Assembly: GCF_009834535.1 (NCBI RefSeq)
Contig: NC_045696.1
Coordinates: 121,336,001-121,400,000, forward strand
Length of the DNA: 64,000 nt
Direction of reading: 5' to 3'
Origin: Camelus ferus
Lineage: Eukaryota
Of this stretch, positions 11,125 through 24,436 are shown in pieces. A program made the translations under genes and the position numbers. A model generated the notes under the pieces. It was not told the DNA's origin, made no database searches, and saw nothing but the letters and a program-made list of their open reading frames with translations. Positions within the stretch are counted from its first letter, which is position 1. Each line of letters starts with the position of its first letter.

Positions 11125-12641
11125 CCTTATCTTCATTGAACAGAAGATTGTTTTTCTTTTATGAGAACATTTATGCAAACTGGCTTTATAACTGGCCACC
11201 AAGTGAAATTTAATAAAGTTTAAATGATAGAGATTTTACAGACATATTCTCTAAACAAAATCCAATAAAAATAGAAGTGAAGAATTAAAAGTGACCAAAA
11301 ATATTATTTATTTTGAAAGTTAAAAACAAAATTCATAGACCATCCTTGTGTTAAAGGGGAAATAAGAGAAATCACAAACAACCTAGAAAGCAACAGAACA
11401 AACACTTCTTATCAACCCCTATGAGACTGAACATTCCACTTTTTGGAAAAAGTGTAGCCTTAAATGCTTTTACTACTAAAGACTAAGGAATTAAAAAATG
11501 GAAACTTGATACTCAAAAAACTAGAAGAATAATAAAGTAAATCAGAAGAAACTAGGAGGAGAAATTAATAAAAATAGGCACATCAACAAAAGAGAAAATA
11601 AGAAAATACAAATATAAGAAAGGATAAATAAATCTGGGAGGCAGTTCTTTGAAAAATAATGTAAATTAAACAGACCAATACCTAGCAGACTGATTATAGA
11701 GAAAAGAGAAATAACAATCACAGATGCACGAAGGATTAAAACAATATTACGTGTAAATTATTTCCCAAGGCAAAACTATTTTTTAGCAAAATATAAATGA
11801 CTCAAACCTATCTAAGAAGAAATGGAAAACCTGAATAGACCAACTTGGGAAGGCAAGCTTGGGAAGGTGATTAGACATCTAACATGGAAAAGGGCACTGG
11901 GACCAGATGGGTCCACAGCTGAGGTTTATCTAACCTTTAGAGAATAGGTAATTATCATGTTACTTCAATTTTTCCAGGCCATAGAAAAAGCCAGCCAGCT
12001 CCCCAATTAATTCCATGGCATACATTTCATACCAGAATCCTATAAGGAACAGTAGAAGAGTAGAAATGTATACACCAACCTCATTTAGGAATAAAACTAT
12101 GAAAACTCCACATAAAACACTGGCGGAAGAATCCAGCAGTGTATACAAAAATACACTGTGGCCGAATGGTGTATTCCTGTGATGCAAATGAAGTTAAACA
12201 TCAGGAAATTTATCAATGTAGTTAATGATATCAATACATTAAAGGGAGGAAACCATGTGATCATGTCTATAGACATTGAAAACAGTGCTAAGAAATAGAA
12301 AACTACTAAAAAAAAACCAGAAGCAAAGCAAATCTAAATAGAATAAATAAATAATAAAACCATTTCAACAAAATCATGAATTAGATAAGAATGTCCATTA
12401 TTATTATTATTAAATATTGTATGAAGGATTGTTTGAAAACAATATAAGAAAATTAAATAACTGGTAAATATATTGAAAAATATAGTTGAAAATTATCTAT
12501 TTTTTTGCTGATTATATGATTGTAAAATCTACAAAGAACCAAGACACTGTAATTAAATATACCAGTATTAATAACAGACTTTGATAGATGCTTGAAAATA
12601 AAATATGAGGATTAAATACAGAAATTTTAAAAAGCCACTGG

Positions 12642-13125
12642 ATAAATAAGTTGTGGTATACACATACATACAACACACACAAAAAGGAATATTAATTAGC
12701 CATAAAAAAGAATGAAATACTGCCATTTGCAGCAGCATGGATGGACCTGGAGATTATCATACTAATAAGTCAGAAAGAGAAAGACAACATATGATATCAC
12801 TTATATGTGGAATCTGAAAAAATGATACAAATGAACTTATTTACAAAACAGACTCACAGGCATAGAAAACTTATGGTTACCAAAGGGGAAGGTGGGGGGA
12901 GGGATAAATTAGGAGTTTGGGATTAGCAGATACTAACTACTATATATAAAATAGACAAACAACAAGGACCTACTGTATAGCACAGAGAATTACATTCAAT
13001 GTCTTGTGATAACCTACAATGAAAAAGAACACAAAAAAGAATATATACAATGTGTATAACTGAATCACTATGCTGTACACCAGAAACTAACACAACATTC
13101 TAAATCAACTATACTTCAATAAAAA
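12642..13125 (+). mobile_element. Young L1 3' end nested in the old L1M, with TSD
   Basis: L1 3'UTR ending atacttcaat plus A-run. TSD aaaaagccactgg (12629-12641) / aaaaagctattgg (13126-13138), preceded by TTTT/AA. Confidence 0.94.
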
Positions 13126-13241
13126 AAAAAGCTATTGGCTTTTCTCTATTTTAACAATAAGCACCAAAAAATGGAAAGAGGAAAGAACCCATTTAGAACT
13201 GTGATAAAAATAATTGTTTTAAAGTGTTGCAACTAAATGCA

Positions 13242-14382
13242 TTTTTTTAAATTAAACTTTGAAACTCTGAGTTAACTGTAGATTTACATGCCATTGTAGG
13301 AAGTAATACAGAGATCCTTGGTACCCTTTACTTAGTTTCCCCCAGTGATTACACCTCACGAACTACAGTACAGTATCATAACCAGGATACTGACATTGAT
13401 ACAGAAAATGTCCATCCCCACAGGGACCCCTCATGTTGCCCTTTCCATAGCCACACCCACTTCCTTCACACCCCTTCCCCTTCCAAACTGCTGGCATCCT
13501 GTTCTAACCTCTTCTCCATTTTTATCATTTTGTTAATTCAAGAATGTTATTTAGATGGACTCATACAGTATGCAAGCTTTGGAGAGTGGTTTTTTGTTTT
13601 TTTTAACTAAGCACAATTCTCTCTGAAGATGGATCCAGCTTGTTGTGTGTGTCAATAGTTTGTTACCCCATATTGCTAACTAGTGCTCCGTGACATGGAT
13701 ATGCCACAGGTTATAACCATTCACCGGATTACAAACATCTGGGTTGTTTCCAGTTCTGGGCCGTTACAAAGAAAACTGTTTGAAGCATATGTGTGAACAT
13801 AATTCTTAGGTTCTCTGGGACAAATGCCTAAGAGTGTAATTGATGGATCATATGGTAGTTGCCTGTTAATTTCTAAAGAAACTGAGAAGCTATTTTCCAG
13901 GGTGTTTGCACCATTTTACATTCCCATTAGCAATGGGTGAGTGATCCAGTTTCTCCATCTCCCCCGCAGCAGTTATTCGTTCCACTATTTTCATTTTAGC
14001 TACTCTGATGGATATGAGTGGTCCATGTTGTGGTTTTACTTTGCATTTATCTCCCCAACAGCTAATGATGCTGAGCATCCTTTCATATGTGTATCTGCCG
14101 TCCATATGTCCTCTTTGCTGAAATGTCTCTTCACATCTGACCCATTTTCTAATCGGATTGTTTGTTTCCCACTGTGGAGTTTTGAGATTTTTAGATATAT
14201 TCAAGATGCTAGTCTTTTGTGGGATCTGTGGTTTGCAAATATTTTCTCACAGTCAGAAACTCATCCTTTCATTCTCTTAAAAGGGTCTTTTGTACACTAC
14301 AGTTTTTAATTTTGAGGAAGTCCAATTTATCAGTTTATTCTTTCATGGATTAGGCTTTTGGTGCCAAGTCTAAGAATTCTTT
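13242..14382 (-). mobile_element. Old L1 3' region (L1MC-like)
   Basis: Minus ORF 13890..14204 resembles decayed ORF2p C-terminus. The 3'UTR blocks gtagatttacatg...aatacagaga...ttgatacag are typical of L1MC. Confidence 0.85.
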
Positions 14383-14937
14383 GTTAGTCTCTTCTGTGCA
14401 GTACAATGATTCAGTTATACTTATATATGTATTTTTCTTATTCCTTTTCATTATAGGTTATTACAGGATATTGAATATAGTCCTTGTGCTCTACAGTAGG
14501 ACCTTGTTGTTTATCTCCTTTATATGTAGTAGTCTGTATCTGCTAATCCCAAAGTTCTAATTTATCTCTTCCCACTTTCTTTCTCCCCTGGTAACCATAA
14601 GTTTTTTTTCTATGTGTGTGAGTCTGTTTCTGTTTTGTAAATATGTTCATTTGTCTTTTTTTAGATTCCACATATGAGTGATATTATATGATATTTGTCT
14701 TTCTCTGACTTACATAGTATGACAGTCTCCAGGTCCATCCATGTTGCTGCAAATGGCATTATTTTATTCTTTATTATGGCTGAGTAGTATTCCATTGTAT
14801 AAATATACCATCTTCTTTATCTAATCATCTGTCAATGGACATTTAGGTTATTTTTATATCTTGGCTACTGAAAATAGTGCTACTGTGAACATTGGGGTGC
14901 ATGTATCTTTTCAAGTTAGTTTTCTCTGGATATATGT
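14383..14937 (-). mobile_element. Young L1 3' region lacking its terminal ~35 nt and poly(A)
   Basis: Reverse complement of the 3'UTR at 6960-7495. It begins at ttagt...tgattcag, without the ttgaagtatag/T-tail. Confidence 0.9.
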
Positions 14938-15744
14938 AGGTGGCCTAAATCTTAGCCCCAAATGTAGCAGAAAGCCTGCACCTTTCCTCACTTTCATCCC
15001 CTAAATCACTGAGTCACCCTCAAAGTGCAGAGGGCACACCCACTGGCATACTCCTTGGGGTGGGAGAAATCCTTTCGCCCTGGGGGATGATTTACGAAGC
15101 ACAGCTGTGGAAGTTCACCTTTGCCATCTGCAAGCAACCAGATACTTCATTCCCAGGGAAGCCTAAATATGTGACGACTATTATTTTCAAAAGGGCAATT
15201 TGGGAATGCAGATAATAGCAGCCCTTCTTCATAAAATGAGGTTACCCGTTCTGTCCAAAACCCACAAAACCAAACGGTGCTTCTCCAGGTGACAGGAGGT
15301 GGAAATCTGCATTAGCATTGCTTTGATGCTCAAATGAACAAACGGGGGGGACCTTCTGAGTGGAAATAAATGACTGAATTACTATTTATAGTAATCAATC
15401 AGGGAGCAAGTGGACAGCACTCCAATGAGATCTCCCTTCCTGGTGAAATCTGAATAGTGCCCTGGCCTAATGCTTATTTTATTAAGGATCTTTCCAGCAA
15501 CTCTGATGTTACTTCAAGAAAGGCAGCTCATTTTTCAAAAGAAATGACTCCTGTCCCTTCCATCAAATCCTCACTCTCCCTTTGTGGTTAAGCTCAATTA
15601 TAAGAGTGAAGCTTTCCTTAGCCTGAAGTAGCCCATCTCTTCCGCATGTTGGAATATTAAGGATGCCCAATAAGAGAGTGTCTAAATCTATTTTATGATC
15701 TTTCTGAAATCCATTTAGGTGTACCCAGTGGCCACTCAAATTAA

Positions 15745-15890
15745 TAGCTATTAATTATTCATCAGGTTCTCTACTAAATACTTTATATACCTGATCTCGT
15801 TTAATCCCTAAAACAGCTCTAGAATGAAGGTAGTATTGTTCCTATTTTGTAGATGAGGAAACTGAGGGTCCCAGTCGTTAACTTACCCCA
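15745..15890 (-). mobile_element. MIR SINE fragment
   Basis: tttaatcc...cctattttgtagatgaggaaactgagg core. Confidence 0.85.
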
Positions 15891-15896
15891 GTTTTA

Positions 15897-16032
15897 TTTC
15901 CTTCCCTCTCTCCCTCCCTTCCCCCTCTGTCTGTCTTTCTTTCTTTCTGTCTTTCTTTCTTTCTTTCCTTCTTTCCTTCTTTCCTTCTTTCTTTCTTTCC
16001 TCCCTCCCTCCCTCCCTCCCTTTCTTTTCTTT
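15897..16032 (+). repeat. Polypyrimidine (CTTT/CCTT/CCCT)n tract
   Basis: Read directly from the sequence. Confidence 0.95.
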
Positions 16033-18407
16033 CATCTTTGGTCTGTAGCTTAACTAAGACATCAGATTATGGGGTAATAAAGGCACACAGTATGGAAAGT
16101 ACTGTGTGTGTGTGTGCCAGTACACATGTATTGTATTTAGACAGTTAGTAAAAACCCTCACTTCTCAGTGTGGTTTACTGTCTATCCAGGAGTGATAAAC
16201 CACACTGATAAAGATATTTAGAGCTGCCCCTTCAAAGGAAGTTGAAGAAAATCAGTTCAGATTGGTTAAAAACAAATCAGGACTCAGTAAGGAAGGGCTG
16301 GACCAGGCTGAGTCCAGGGAGTGGCATTTTTTATACAAAGAGCCCAGCTGGCTCCCTTCAGCTTGACTGGGGCATAGATGGGGGCCGGGGGATAATAGTG
16401 ACCCTTTTTCTCTTTTAGGTCAAAGAAAGAACCTTGTTCATACTTTGTCAGACTTGAGAGGAGGAAAAAAAAATCACAGTCACAATTTCCCCTTCTGCTA
16501 CCTCATTGAATATTTCTTCAAAACATAAGCTTCAGACCCAATCTGCCCACCAAAAAGAGAACTCTGAGCTGGAAGGGATTCTTTTCAATTCCCCGAATCC
16601 CCTCTCCTCCAAACACCCACACTCAGATTTCCCAGTTTTTAGGAGAAACATGTTTTGAGTGTTTGTATCCCGAAAGTCAAGAACCCTTCTCAAACAGAGG
16701 CTATATTCTATTATTTAATTGGGAAACCAAGTCTCCAGTCCTAGGTTTTTCTATTCTCTTGCTTTATTTGTCCTCTCAGGTCTGGTTAAGGGGAAGACAG
16801 GGAAAGAAAGGTTGTTCCCTGCAGCTACTGGCCAGAATATCTGGAATCCCAAGGCTTGGTGGCAGAGGAGGACCTATGATTCTAATCAGGCTTAAGCTAG
16901 TTGGCACGTACTAGAAGTTTCAGTGTTCTTCTATCCCCACCATTTCTGCAGAAAACCAAAGGCTGGTTTTGAGGATATCTGCACCCACTTATTCTAGAGC
17001 CCAATCCTTACTTCAGAGAGCTTGTCCAGGTCACCCAAGATGCCCAGAAAGAGAGACACTGTCAGGGCCCAGGAATTTCAACTCCTCGTTTTGCAAGGAG
17101 AGGTGGAAATGACAACAGGCCACCAAACAGATTGAACTGGATACAGGAGAGACTTGGAAAAAAGAATCCTACCATAAACGTAATATCCTGAGCCCAGAAT
17201 GAATCCATCTGTGGGGACTGAAATTGAATCAGTAATCCTCCTTTGTGTACATGCCCTTCACGGTGACCTTTTCTTCCCAACCCGTGCTGTGTTCCTATCA
17301 AATCGAATCTTTCCATTTTAAGAAATTGCAGCAATTTTAGGACCGTGAACTGGCTGAGGCTCAGCTAACACTGTCTGCAAAAGCCACTCTAATCAGAAGG
17401 ACCAGAGGGATGTATGCCAGACAACTTCATCTTAAGCAGGATGGGGAACGGCTTCCTCGATCAGCTATCGACAAGTCTGGGAAAATCAGAACTAAGTTCC
17501 TTCTACTGCTGAGGATGAATTTGCCTTGTTTTTTATCCTCTGCACCACGAATTCAATGCCACACTGCCCTGCAGTGCAACCAGACTGCACATGAATACTG
17601 AATGTGTCCCCTGGAAAGAAACTCAAGCCACACCTCCATCCCTCTCCAAGAAATGTGCTTATTCAAGGGAAATTTTACCTTCTTTATATCTTGGCTCTGT
17701 TAGGAAAAGACACAGAATATTTCAGAGCCCCAAGGACAGCCTGAGAGAATCATTCCTATACGTTTTAGTATTTGTACTCATTTACATGCTGGTATGAGTG
17801 TTGGATTGTCATCACACATCTAACAAGCGTGACCTCACCCTGTCTGTGTTCATCCACTGGCACCATTAGAGGTTCCCACCTTCTGTTGCCCGTGGAATTT
17901 TCCACGGCTCGTGGAATCCCTGGCATTGGATGAAGCAACATTTACTGCAGTGATCCTCTTCGTGAGTGTGCATCACCAGAGGACAAGCTCAGGGGGAGGT
18001 TCTGGGGAGCTCCAAAATCCATCTGCTACACAACAGAGAATGGGAACACTTTCAGTGGGTGTGTCCCTCAGGGCTGCGGGAAGATGGAAAGGAAACGCCA
18101 AGTGCTGGGTTCCCTATTTCTGACACACCGAGAGCCACGGAGGTCTGTAACGAGGGTGAGCCCTTGTGTGAAGGTATACACATCTTCAATCTAACAGTTA
18201 CTTCTGATGACAAGAGAGCTGACAGTTGATCAGTCTGTGGCAAAAAGGAAAGATTCAAGCTTCTTCTGATGATAAACTAGCATGAAGCCTAGATGTAAAT
18301 TACTCCCAAAGAGGAATGGTTTCCTGAGACCCCCAAGCCCCAGCGAGGATGACCCCTGTTTGGGAAGGGCGGATAATAAGAATCCTGCCATCAGCAAGTA
18401 GTCATGA

Positions 18408-18675
18408 CATAGTAAACAACCTTATGGGGGTAAGAGGAAGGGGAGGGATAGATGTGGGAGTTTGAGATTTGCAAATGCTAACCACTGTATATAAAAATAT
18501 GTAAAACCCAAATTTCTTCCTTATAGCACAGGAAACTACATTCAATTATCTTGTAATAACCTTTAATGAAAAAGAATACGAAAACGAATACATGTATGTA
18601 TCTGCATGACTGGGACATTATACTGTGCACCAGAGACTGACACATTGTAACTGACTGTACTTCAATTTTTTAAAA
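18408..18675 (+). mobile_element. Short young L1 3' end with TSD
   Basis: L1 3'UTR. TSD aagtagtcatga (18396-18407) / aagtggtcatga (18676-18687). Confidence 0.93.
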
Positions 18676-19780
18676 AAGTGGTCATGAGACCGCCAAAAAG
18701 ACAAGACTGTCCAAGTAAGAGCCTCTTTCTTCATTCTCATCTGCTCACTCCCTCCTGGATGACCAGTCTGGCTGCTCCTACAATTTACACAGCAGTGGGG
18801 GCAATCTCTCCCTCCTTCATTCTGAACTGGTCTATGAATAATGATTTTTGTGGCCTATCTTTTAAACAGCCCTCTGTAAAAGTCTAATAATTAAAATTGC
18901 ATCATGAGATGAGTTTATTTATTGTTGTTTATTTCCCCTTACCTACTTTTTTTTGCTAATTAGGACAAAAATAAATTTTCAATGTATCCTCAGAGTTAAA
19001 TTACTCTTGGTCTGAGCCCCACACACTCAATCGGTTTGCAGAAGTCACAATGCCTTTACTCCAACAGCAAAGCAAGGACCTCGAGCTTTTGAATGATTTC
19101 AAGTGACTCATTTTCTCTACATCTGTGGGTTTTTTGTTTGTGTATTTTCACAGCACAAAATGTGTTCTGCGCACTGACCCAGCTGCCACGTGGGTTCACA
19201 AGCAGCTGTTGGCGTCTAGGTTTGCGTGAGTAAATGACACAACACTAAAGGATTTTAAATGGGGCTTTTCTTGTTACCCTGGAATCACCACAAGCTAAGG
19301 ACACAAACGTCAGATATGATATCTTCAAGAGAGAAGTAAACTGGGGCCAAGCACTCTTCTGAGATGACTAAGTTCCCACCCATCAGTGCCTTGGATAGAA
19401 GCTTATGATTACAGAGGAAGGAGTGAGGCCCAGGAAGCAAAGGAATGGTTCTTCTCAGTTTATGGGGAGAGTGATGGCTGCCTTCCCCCCTCTCAAAGGG
19501 GTAAAGCTCCCCACTACACATTTAGGGCAGCAGGGTCACTGTAGGACAGCTCTCCTCCGAGGCTGTAGGGCTGGCAAGAGGGTGATCCTTGGCTGGGCAC
19601 CAGCTCACGCAGTGGATTTGCTAGTATTTCCTTGGTGCCTATCTGAGCCATAAAAGAAGAGCACTGGAGGGGAGGGCAGGAGCATTACGGACATCCCCCG
19701 CTGGGCGTGGCAAACATGGGGGATTTTACTATTTCACTAGAAGGCAGACAGCACTGAGCTGTCTTGCAGCTATCCCACTC

Positions 19781-20123
19781 TTTTTTTAAAAAAATTGTTT
19801 TTTATTGAAGTGTAGTTGGTTTACACTGCTAATTTCAGGTGTACAGCAAAGTGATTTAGTTATACATATACATCATATATAGTTTTTCAGAATCTTTTCC
19901 ATTATATGTTGTTACAAGAAATTGAATACAGTTCCCTGTGCTATAGAGTAGGTCCTTGTTGTTTACCTATTTTATATACAGTAGTGTGTATCTGTTAATT
20001 CCCAACCTCTAATTTCTCCCTCCCTCCTTCCTCTTTGGTAACCATTGTTTTCTTTGTCCATGAGTCTATTTTTGGTTTATAAATATGCTTTGTACCAGTT
20101 TTTTTTTAGATTCCACACGCATG
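19781..20123 (-). mobile_element. Short young L1 3' end
   Basis: T-tail plus attgaagtgtagttggtttaca. Probable TSD tatcccactctt / tatcccatgctt. Confidence 0.92.
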
Positions 20124-21479
20124 TATCCCATGCTTGGGGGCCAACTGCTGGAGGGCCTCCAGGCCTCCCAGGAAACTACAGGATAATTCTCTAGAGGCAG
20201 GAGTGAAGGTACAGCTCGAAGAGGGCTGGGGTGCTCCGCCCAGCACCATGACCATGCGCTGGTATTTAAGGCTAGAAGAGCAATTTACAAAGCTTATATC
20301 CCGAGATGTCTGCCACCTGAGAACCAGCTTAGGCTGTGTCCTGGTCACCCAAAGTTCTCATCTGGGAAAACCTCCCTGACCTCCTTACCTGAGTTAAATG
20401 TCATGACTTGGATCTCTGAATCTAAACTGGGGAAGGCTTCATGCCACCCACAAGCCATTTATTGGAGTTGTCTGCCTATAAAATATGGAGGAATCACATG
20501 TATTTTTCAGAAACTGAATATTTCATTTTATCGACCAAATCAGAACACATGGAAACCTATTTATGAAAGTAATGGCTAACAGTAACGCCTGGTGACCGGC
20601 AGTCTTTCTTTTGACTGCAGTTCCTCACTTCTCCATGTTTATTTGTTAAAGTTTATCCCACTGATTTGTGATCCCCTTGAAAATGAGCAGCATCTCTGAC
20701 CCTTTCATGCTGTTCCCTCGGTGTCCAGTGCAGAGTCTGCCACGTAACAGGCATTCTTTACGTATTTGGTGAAGAAACAATACATAGATTTTTTTAAATG
20801 CCACAAATGAACATATACTGGTTATAAGGCACATATCCATCTGTTTATATATACCAGAGATAAAGAAATTTGGGCCTGGAATCCATATTGATTTTTCAAA
20901 ATCCCCATTCTGATTAGGCTGATACTATCTGGAAACAGTTTCCTGGGCTCCTGATTCTATCTCAGACGCCGGCTGCACAGTGAGAGGTTAGCAGCAGGTT
21001 TAGACATTTTTTCCATCACACATATTTCTAGATACAATCATCCTGGCCCGAGTCTACATTTAGTTCAGTTGATTTTAAGGCTGTCACGGTCCTTTCCTGA
21101 ACTGTCCCTAGCATTCCTCGCTAACTGGAGGTGAGTGACCGACCATACATGGATAGAGGAAGCCGCAATGAGTCCACAGAGGGAGGTGTCCCAGGAGGAT
21201 CAGAAGTTTCTCATCCCAAAGCAGGCTCCTCATTCTGCCACGGGAGCTGGGTCAGCAGGGGCGGCCATGGCACAGAGCTTGGCTGACCCATCTCACTGCA
21301 ATGGGAGGAGGGACATAGCAAAGCAGGAATGAGGTTCCCCAGACTCACACACACCGAGAACATCTGAGTGCCGGGCAGGTGCCCACCAAGTTACGTTATG
21401 TGAATGATGAATGGGATACAGTAAAAAAAGGTTTTAAAATTTTTCTCCAACTAAAATTATTTTTTAATTAAATTAAAAA

Positions 21480-21605
21480 AATTTTTTGGTTTTTGTTTTG
21501 TGGGGAGGTGATTAGGTGATTTTATTTTAATGGAGGTACTGGGGATTGAATCCAGGACCTCGTGCATGCTAAGCACGCACTGTACCCCCTGAGCTTGCCC
21601 TTCCC
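21480..21605 (-). mobile_element. tRNA-derived camelid SINE (Vic-1-like)
   Basis: Minus strand gggaagggcaagctcagggggtacagtgcgtgcttagcatgcacgaggtcctggattcaatccccagtacctcc (A/B boxes), followed by an A-rich tail. Confidence 0.88.
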
Positions 21606-22142
21606 TGGGGACACATTTTATTGTAAGTGTTACTGGCATATTGACAAAGAACTTCCCAGTGAGATCTCAGAGTCTTGCCACACTGAGTGTGGTTACAGAA
21701 ACTCTGTGCACGGCGTCTGCAGGGTGTGAGCTATGAAGCCACATCACCACATCGGTGACAGGCAAGGGAATTCCACACGGGGCTCCTCGACAGCATCAGA
21801 ATCACTAAGAGCATCTCTTCCCCAGCATGCTGATCAGAGCGCACGGATGCAAGAAGCCAGAATCTTTTCCTTTGAAACGGAAATTACTGATGTGAAGTCA
21901 CTGGTCTTTCTACTCAGATCTGTGAAACACAGATGGCCTGGTGACACCTGTACCTAAAAGGGATGAGTGCAGAGGGGAGAGTGTGGACCAATCCCAGATC
22001 TCACTGTGTGCGGTCTAACATCAGCACAGCCCGCCCATCCTGTTCCTCTTGAGAACGTGTGATGTGTAAACTCATCACAAACGTGCCTGGGACCCCAGCG
22101 AGCACTGTCTGCTGCAGGTGGGGCTGTGCCTCACTGGGTGCT

Positions 22143-22236
22143 ACCCTACACACCACCAAAACACCTGGGGTGTGTCCTCCCTCCACACCACTAACACACC
22201 CGGGTGTGTGCACCCTCACACACCACTAACACACTC
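22143..22236 (+). repeat. Short minisatellite, ~35-bp unit, ~2.6 copies
   Basis: Unit approximately ccctcacacaccactaacacacccgggtgtgtgca, repeated with variation. Confidence 0.8.
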
Positions 22237-22269
22237 AGCACCTGGGCTCCCCACGAGGTGAAGCATGAT

Positions 22270-22590
22270 CGATCAAAACGTCAGATGGTAACCTCATTCC
22301 TTCTGATCAGTGATTAATTTAGAGGTGAGAGTCTATCTAGTTCCAGCCAAAAATACAGCAGAGGAAGTCTGTTAAGGAGCCTCTACAATATGTTTTCTAC
22401 TTTTTAAAACAGATTGAAGTGGAGAGAAAGAACCTCTTTTCTTCCTGTGGACACAGAAGCGTAAGGGCCTCATATGCTGAGCTGTGGCCACCATTTGACC
22501 ACAGTGCGGATCCAGCCTGAATGTGCAGCCAACATGCTTTGGATGAAGGAGAAAAAGAAGAAAAGAGCCTGGGTTTTTAGGAACATTAAT
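22270..22590 (+). mobile_element. MaLR LTR fragment (MLT1J-like)
   Basis: ggtaacctcattcc...cagtgattaatttag...gaggaagtctg...gccaccatttgacc...ccagcctga...gcagccaaca follows the MLT1J layout as I recall it. Confidence 0.65.
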
Positions 22591-23536
22591 TATTAGTAAT
22601 AAGGAATAATATTTGAGTATTCTCTTACTCACAGTCAAGGGCATTCTAGCTGGTAGAGTGACAGAGATGAGACCTGAACTCAGGCCTGACTGACCACGGA
22701 GCCCACAGAATTCCCGAGGAACGTGACGGGTCACAAAGATGAACGGAGGGAGGCTGGCAGAGCTGGGAAGGTGGGAGGGTGGGAGGGAGAGCTGTCAACT
22801 TGGCCGTGTGGAAAATCGCTTTGCTCAGGGACCCCCTGAAAGTCGCACAACTGAAACTGACTGACTGTTTCTCTGAGGAAGGGGAGAGGAGGGAACGAAA
22901 CTCCCTCTCAATCAATCCGCCCCGTCCTGGTTGTAAACCCAGGAGGGGAGAAGATGAAATAGGGGTCTAACTTTGGCCCTACTCTTACAGAGAAGTCAAA
23001 CAAAGTCCCTGAGAGAGCAGGAAAGACAAGGAACATTTCTCCAGTTTTTATATAAATTGCCTAGATATGGCTGGAAGCAGACAGTTTTCAGAAACAAATA
23101 TGCCAAGAGAACAGAAAACCTGTTGGAAGAGACATTTATGCCCTGCCTTCCATAAGGGACGAGGACATCATAAATCTGGACCCCATCTTGTGTTTACCAG
23201 AGTTAAAGCTTCAGTCATCTGATTCTCTAAGATGAAGAAACCAATGAATAATAAATATGCAAAGGCCATTCAGAATCTTGAAGGCAGAGCAAAGTACAGG
23301 GTCCTTCTAAATCAAAGTCTGAAAAATTAAAGTGTCTGCAGCTAAGACAGGCAGGAGGCCAAAGTCAAGCTGAAGTCAAAGAAAACGCTGACCGCATTGA
23401 GGACACACAGGTGGAAATCCTTGCGTGTTCTTCTAATATTTCCCGGTCGGGTAACAGCTGGCTCAGAAATCAACATTCTGGGTCTGTATGCCAAGTGAAG
23501 CTCTTAGTAAATGCACCATCTTAAACATGTCTGGGC

Positions 23537-23662
23537 TTTTTTTTTTGGCGGGGGGAAGGGGAGGTAATTAAGTTTATTCATTTTAATGGAGGTGCTGGGG
23601 ATTGAATCCAGGACCTGGTGTCTGCTAAGCACACACTTTACCCCTGAGCTACAATCTCTCCC
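23537..23662 (-). mobile_element. tRNA-derived camelid SINE (Vic-1-like)
   Basis: Same body as 21480-21605 (ggaggtgctggggattgaatccaggacc...gctaagca...ctgagcta). Confidence 0.88.
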
Positions 23663-24403
23663 TTGGCTTCTTTCTTAAGCCAGAAGACGTGGATAAAATT
23701 TCAGCCCTTTCAAACACTGACAACCTGTTCCCTTGGGTAAATGGCTTCATCTTTTTACTCTCATTTCCCTCGAGGTTCGAAGCTACAGAAGGACCTTCCC
23801 ATCCAGGCCAGAACCCTGCTGCCAGGGTTTCCTGAGGCAGAGAGAGGTTTCTGGAATCTTAACCTCCAAGTGCTGGTCGCTGATCCCAGCACAGAGAGGA
23901 TGCCAGTGGTGGTTCTGCTAAATGACTGATTAAATGAATAAATGAGGGTATGACATAATGGAAATGAAAATACTCTGAAATGGTTAAATGACTTAAAAGT
24001 ACACTATTTCTGCCATTCTCCACGTCCTCCCTTCAGTAATCAGGCCTCCCCTGATTACTCTTACAACATCTTCCACATCCTAAGTAGATGAGTACTTCAA
24101 ACCAAGGTGATCCAGCTTTGCGGTGTATAAAGGTCGATCCTGAAGATGACAGTTTCGGAAATTCATAATAAAAATACAATATCTTAGTGAAAAGGGACCC
24201 CCAGCACAGAAGATTTTCATATACTGCTGCCACCTCCTCTCTTCAAACAGACTTACTGTTCGCTAACACGTCATAAAGTGTCTAATACAGATAACGTTAT
24301 AAATCTCACTCACACACACAAATTTCAGGGTTCCTAGTTATTTTGAAAAGGTTAATTTTATTCCAAAAAGGCCACACATGGTTTCTGAAATTAGGCAACT
24401 AGA

Positions 24404-24436
24404 TTTTTTTTTTTTAATTGAGGTATAGTCAGTTTA
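24404..24436 (-). mobile_element. Extremely truncated L1 3' tip (~20 nt plus poly(A))
   Basis: T12 aattgaggtatagtcagttta nearly matches the L1 terminus at about 54320 (ttttaattgagttatagtcagttta). Confidence 0.75.

Larger units (their letters stand above)
10350..13212 (+). mobile_element. Ancient L1M ORF2 remnant, interrupted by microsatellites and a young L1
   Basis: A-rich, with decayed EN motifs (aagaaagcaggattggtggtattaata, like KKAGVAILI), a GPDG-like motif at about 11900 and an FADDMI-like tttgctgattatatgatt at about 12505. The element resumes after 13138. Confidence 0.85.

Noticed and set aside
21530..21605. tRNA-Ala gene (also at 23590-23662 and 29380-29456)
   Set aside because: The tRNA-like heads are diverged and carry SINE tails, and one copy has a clear TSD. 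These are SINEs.
24088..24170. Short ATG ORF MSTSNQGDPALRCIKVDPEDDSFGNS and an overlapping minus-strand exon-like segment
   Set aside because: No recognisable homology, weak splice signals, and a length expected by chance.
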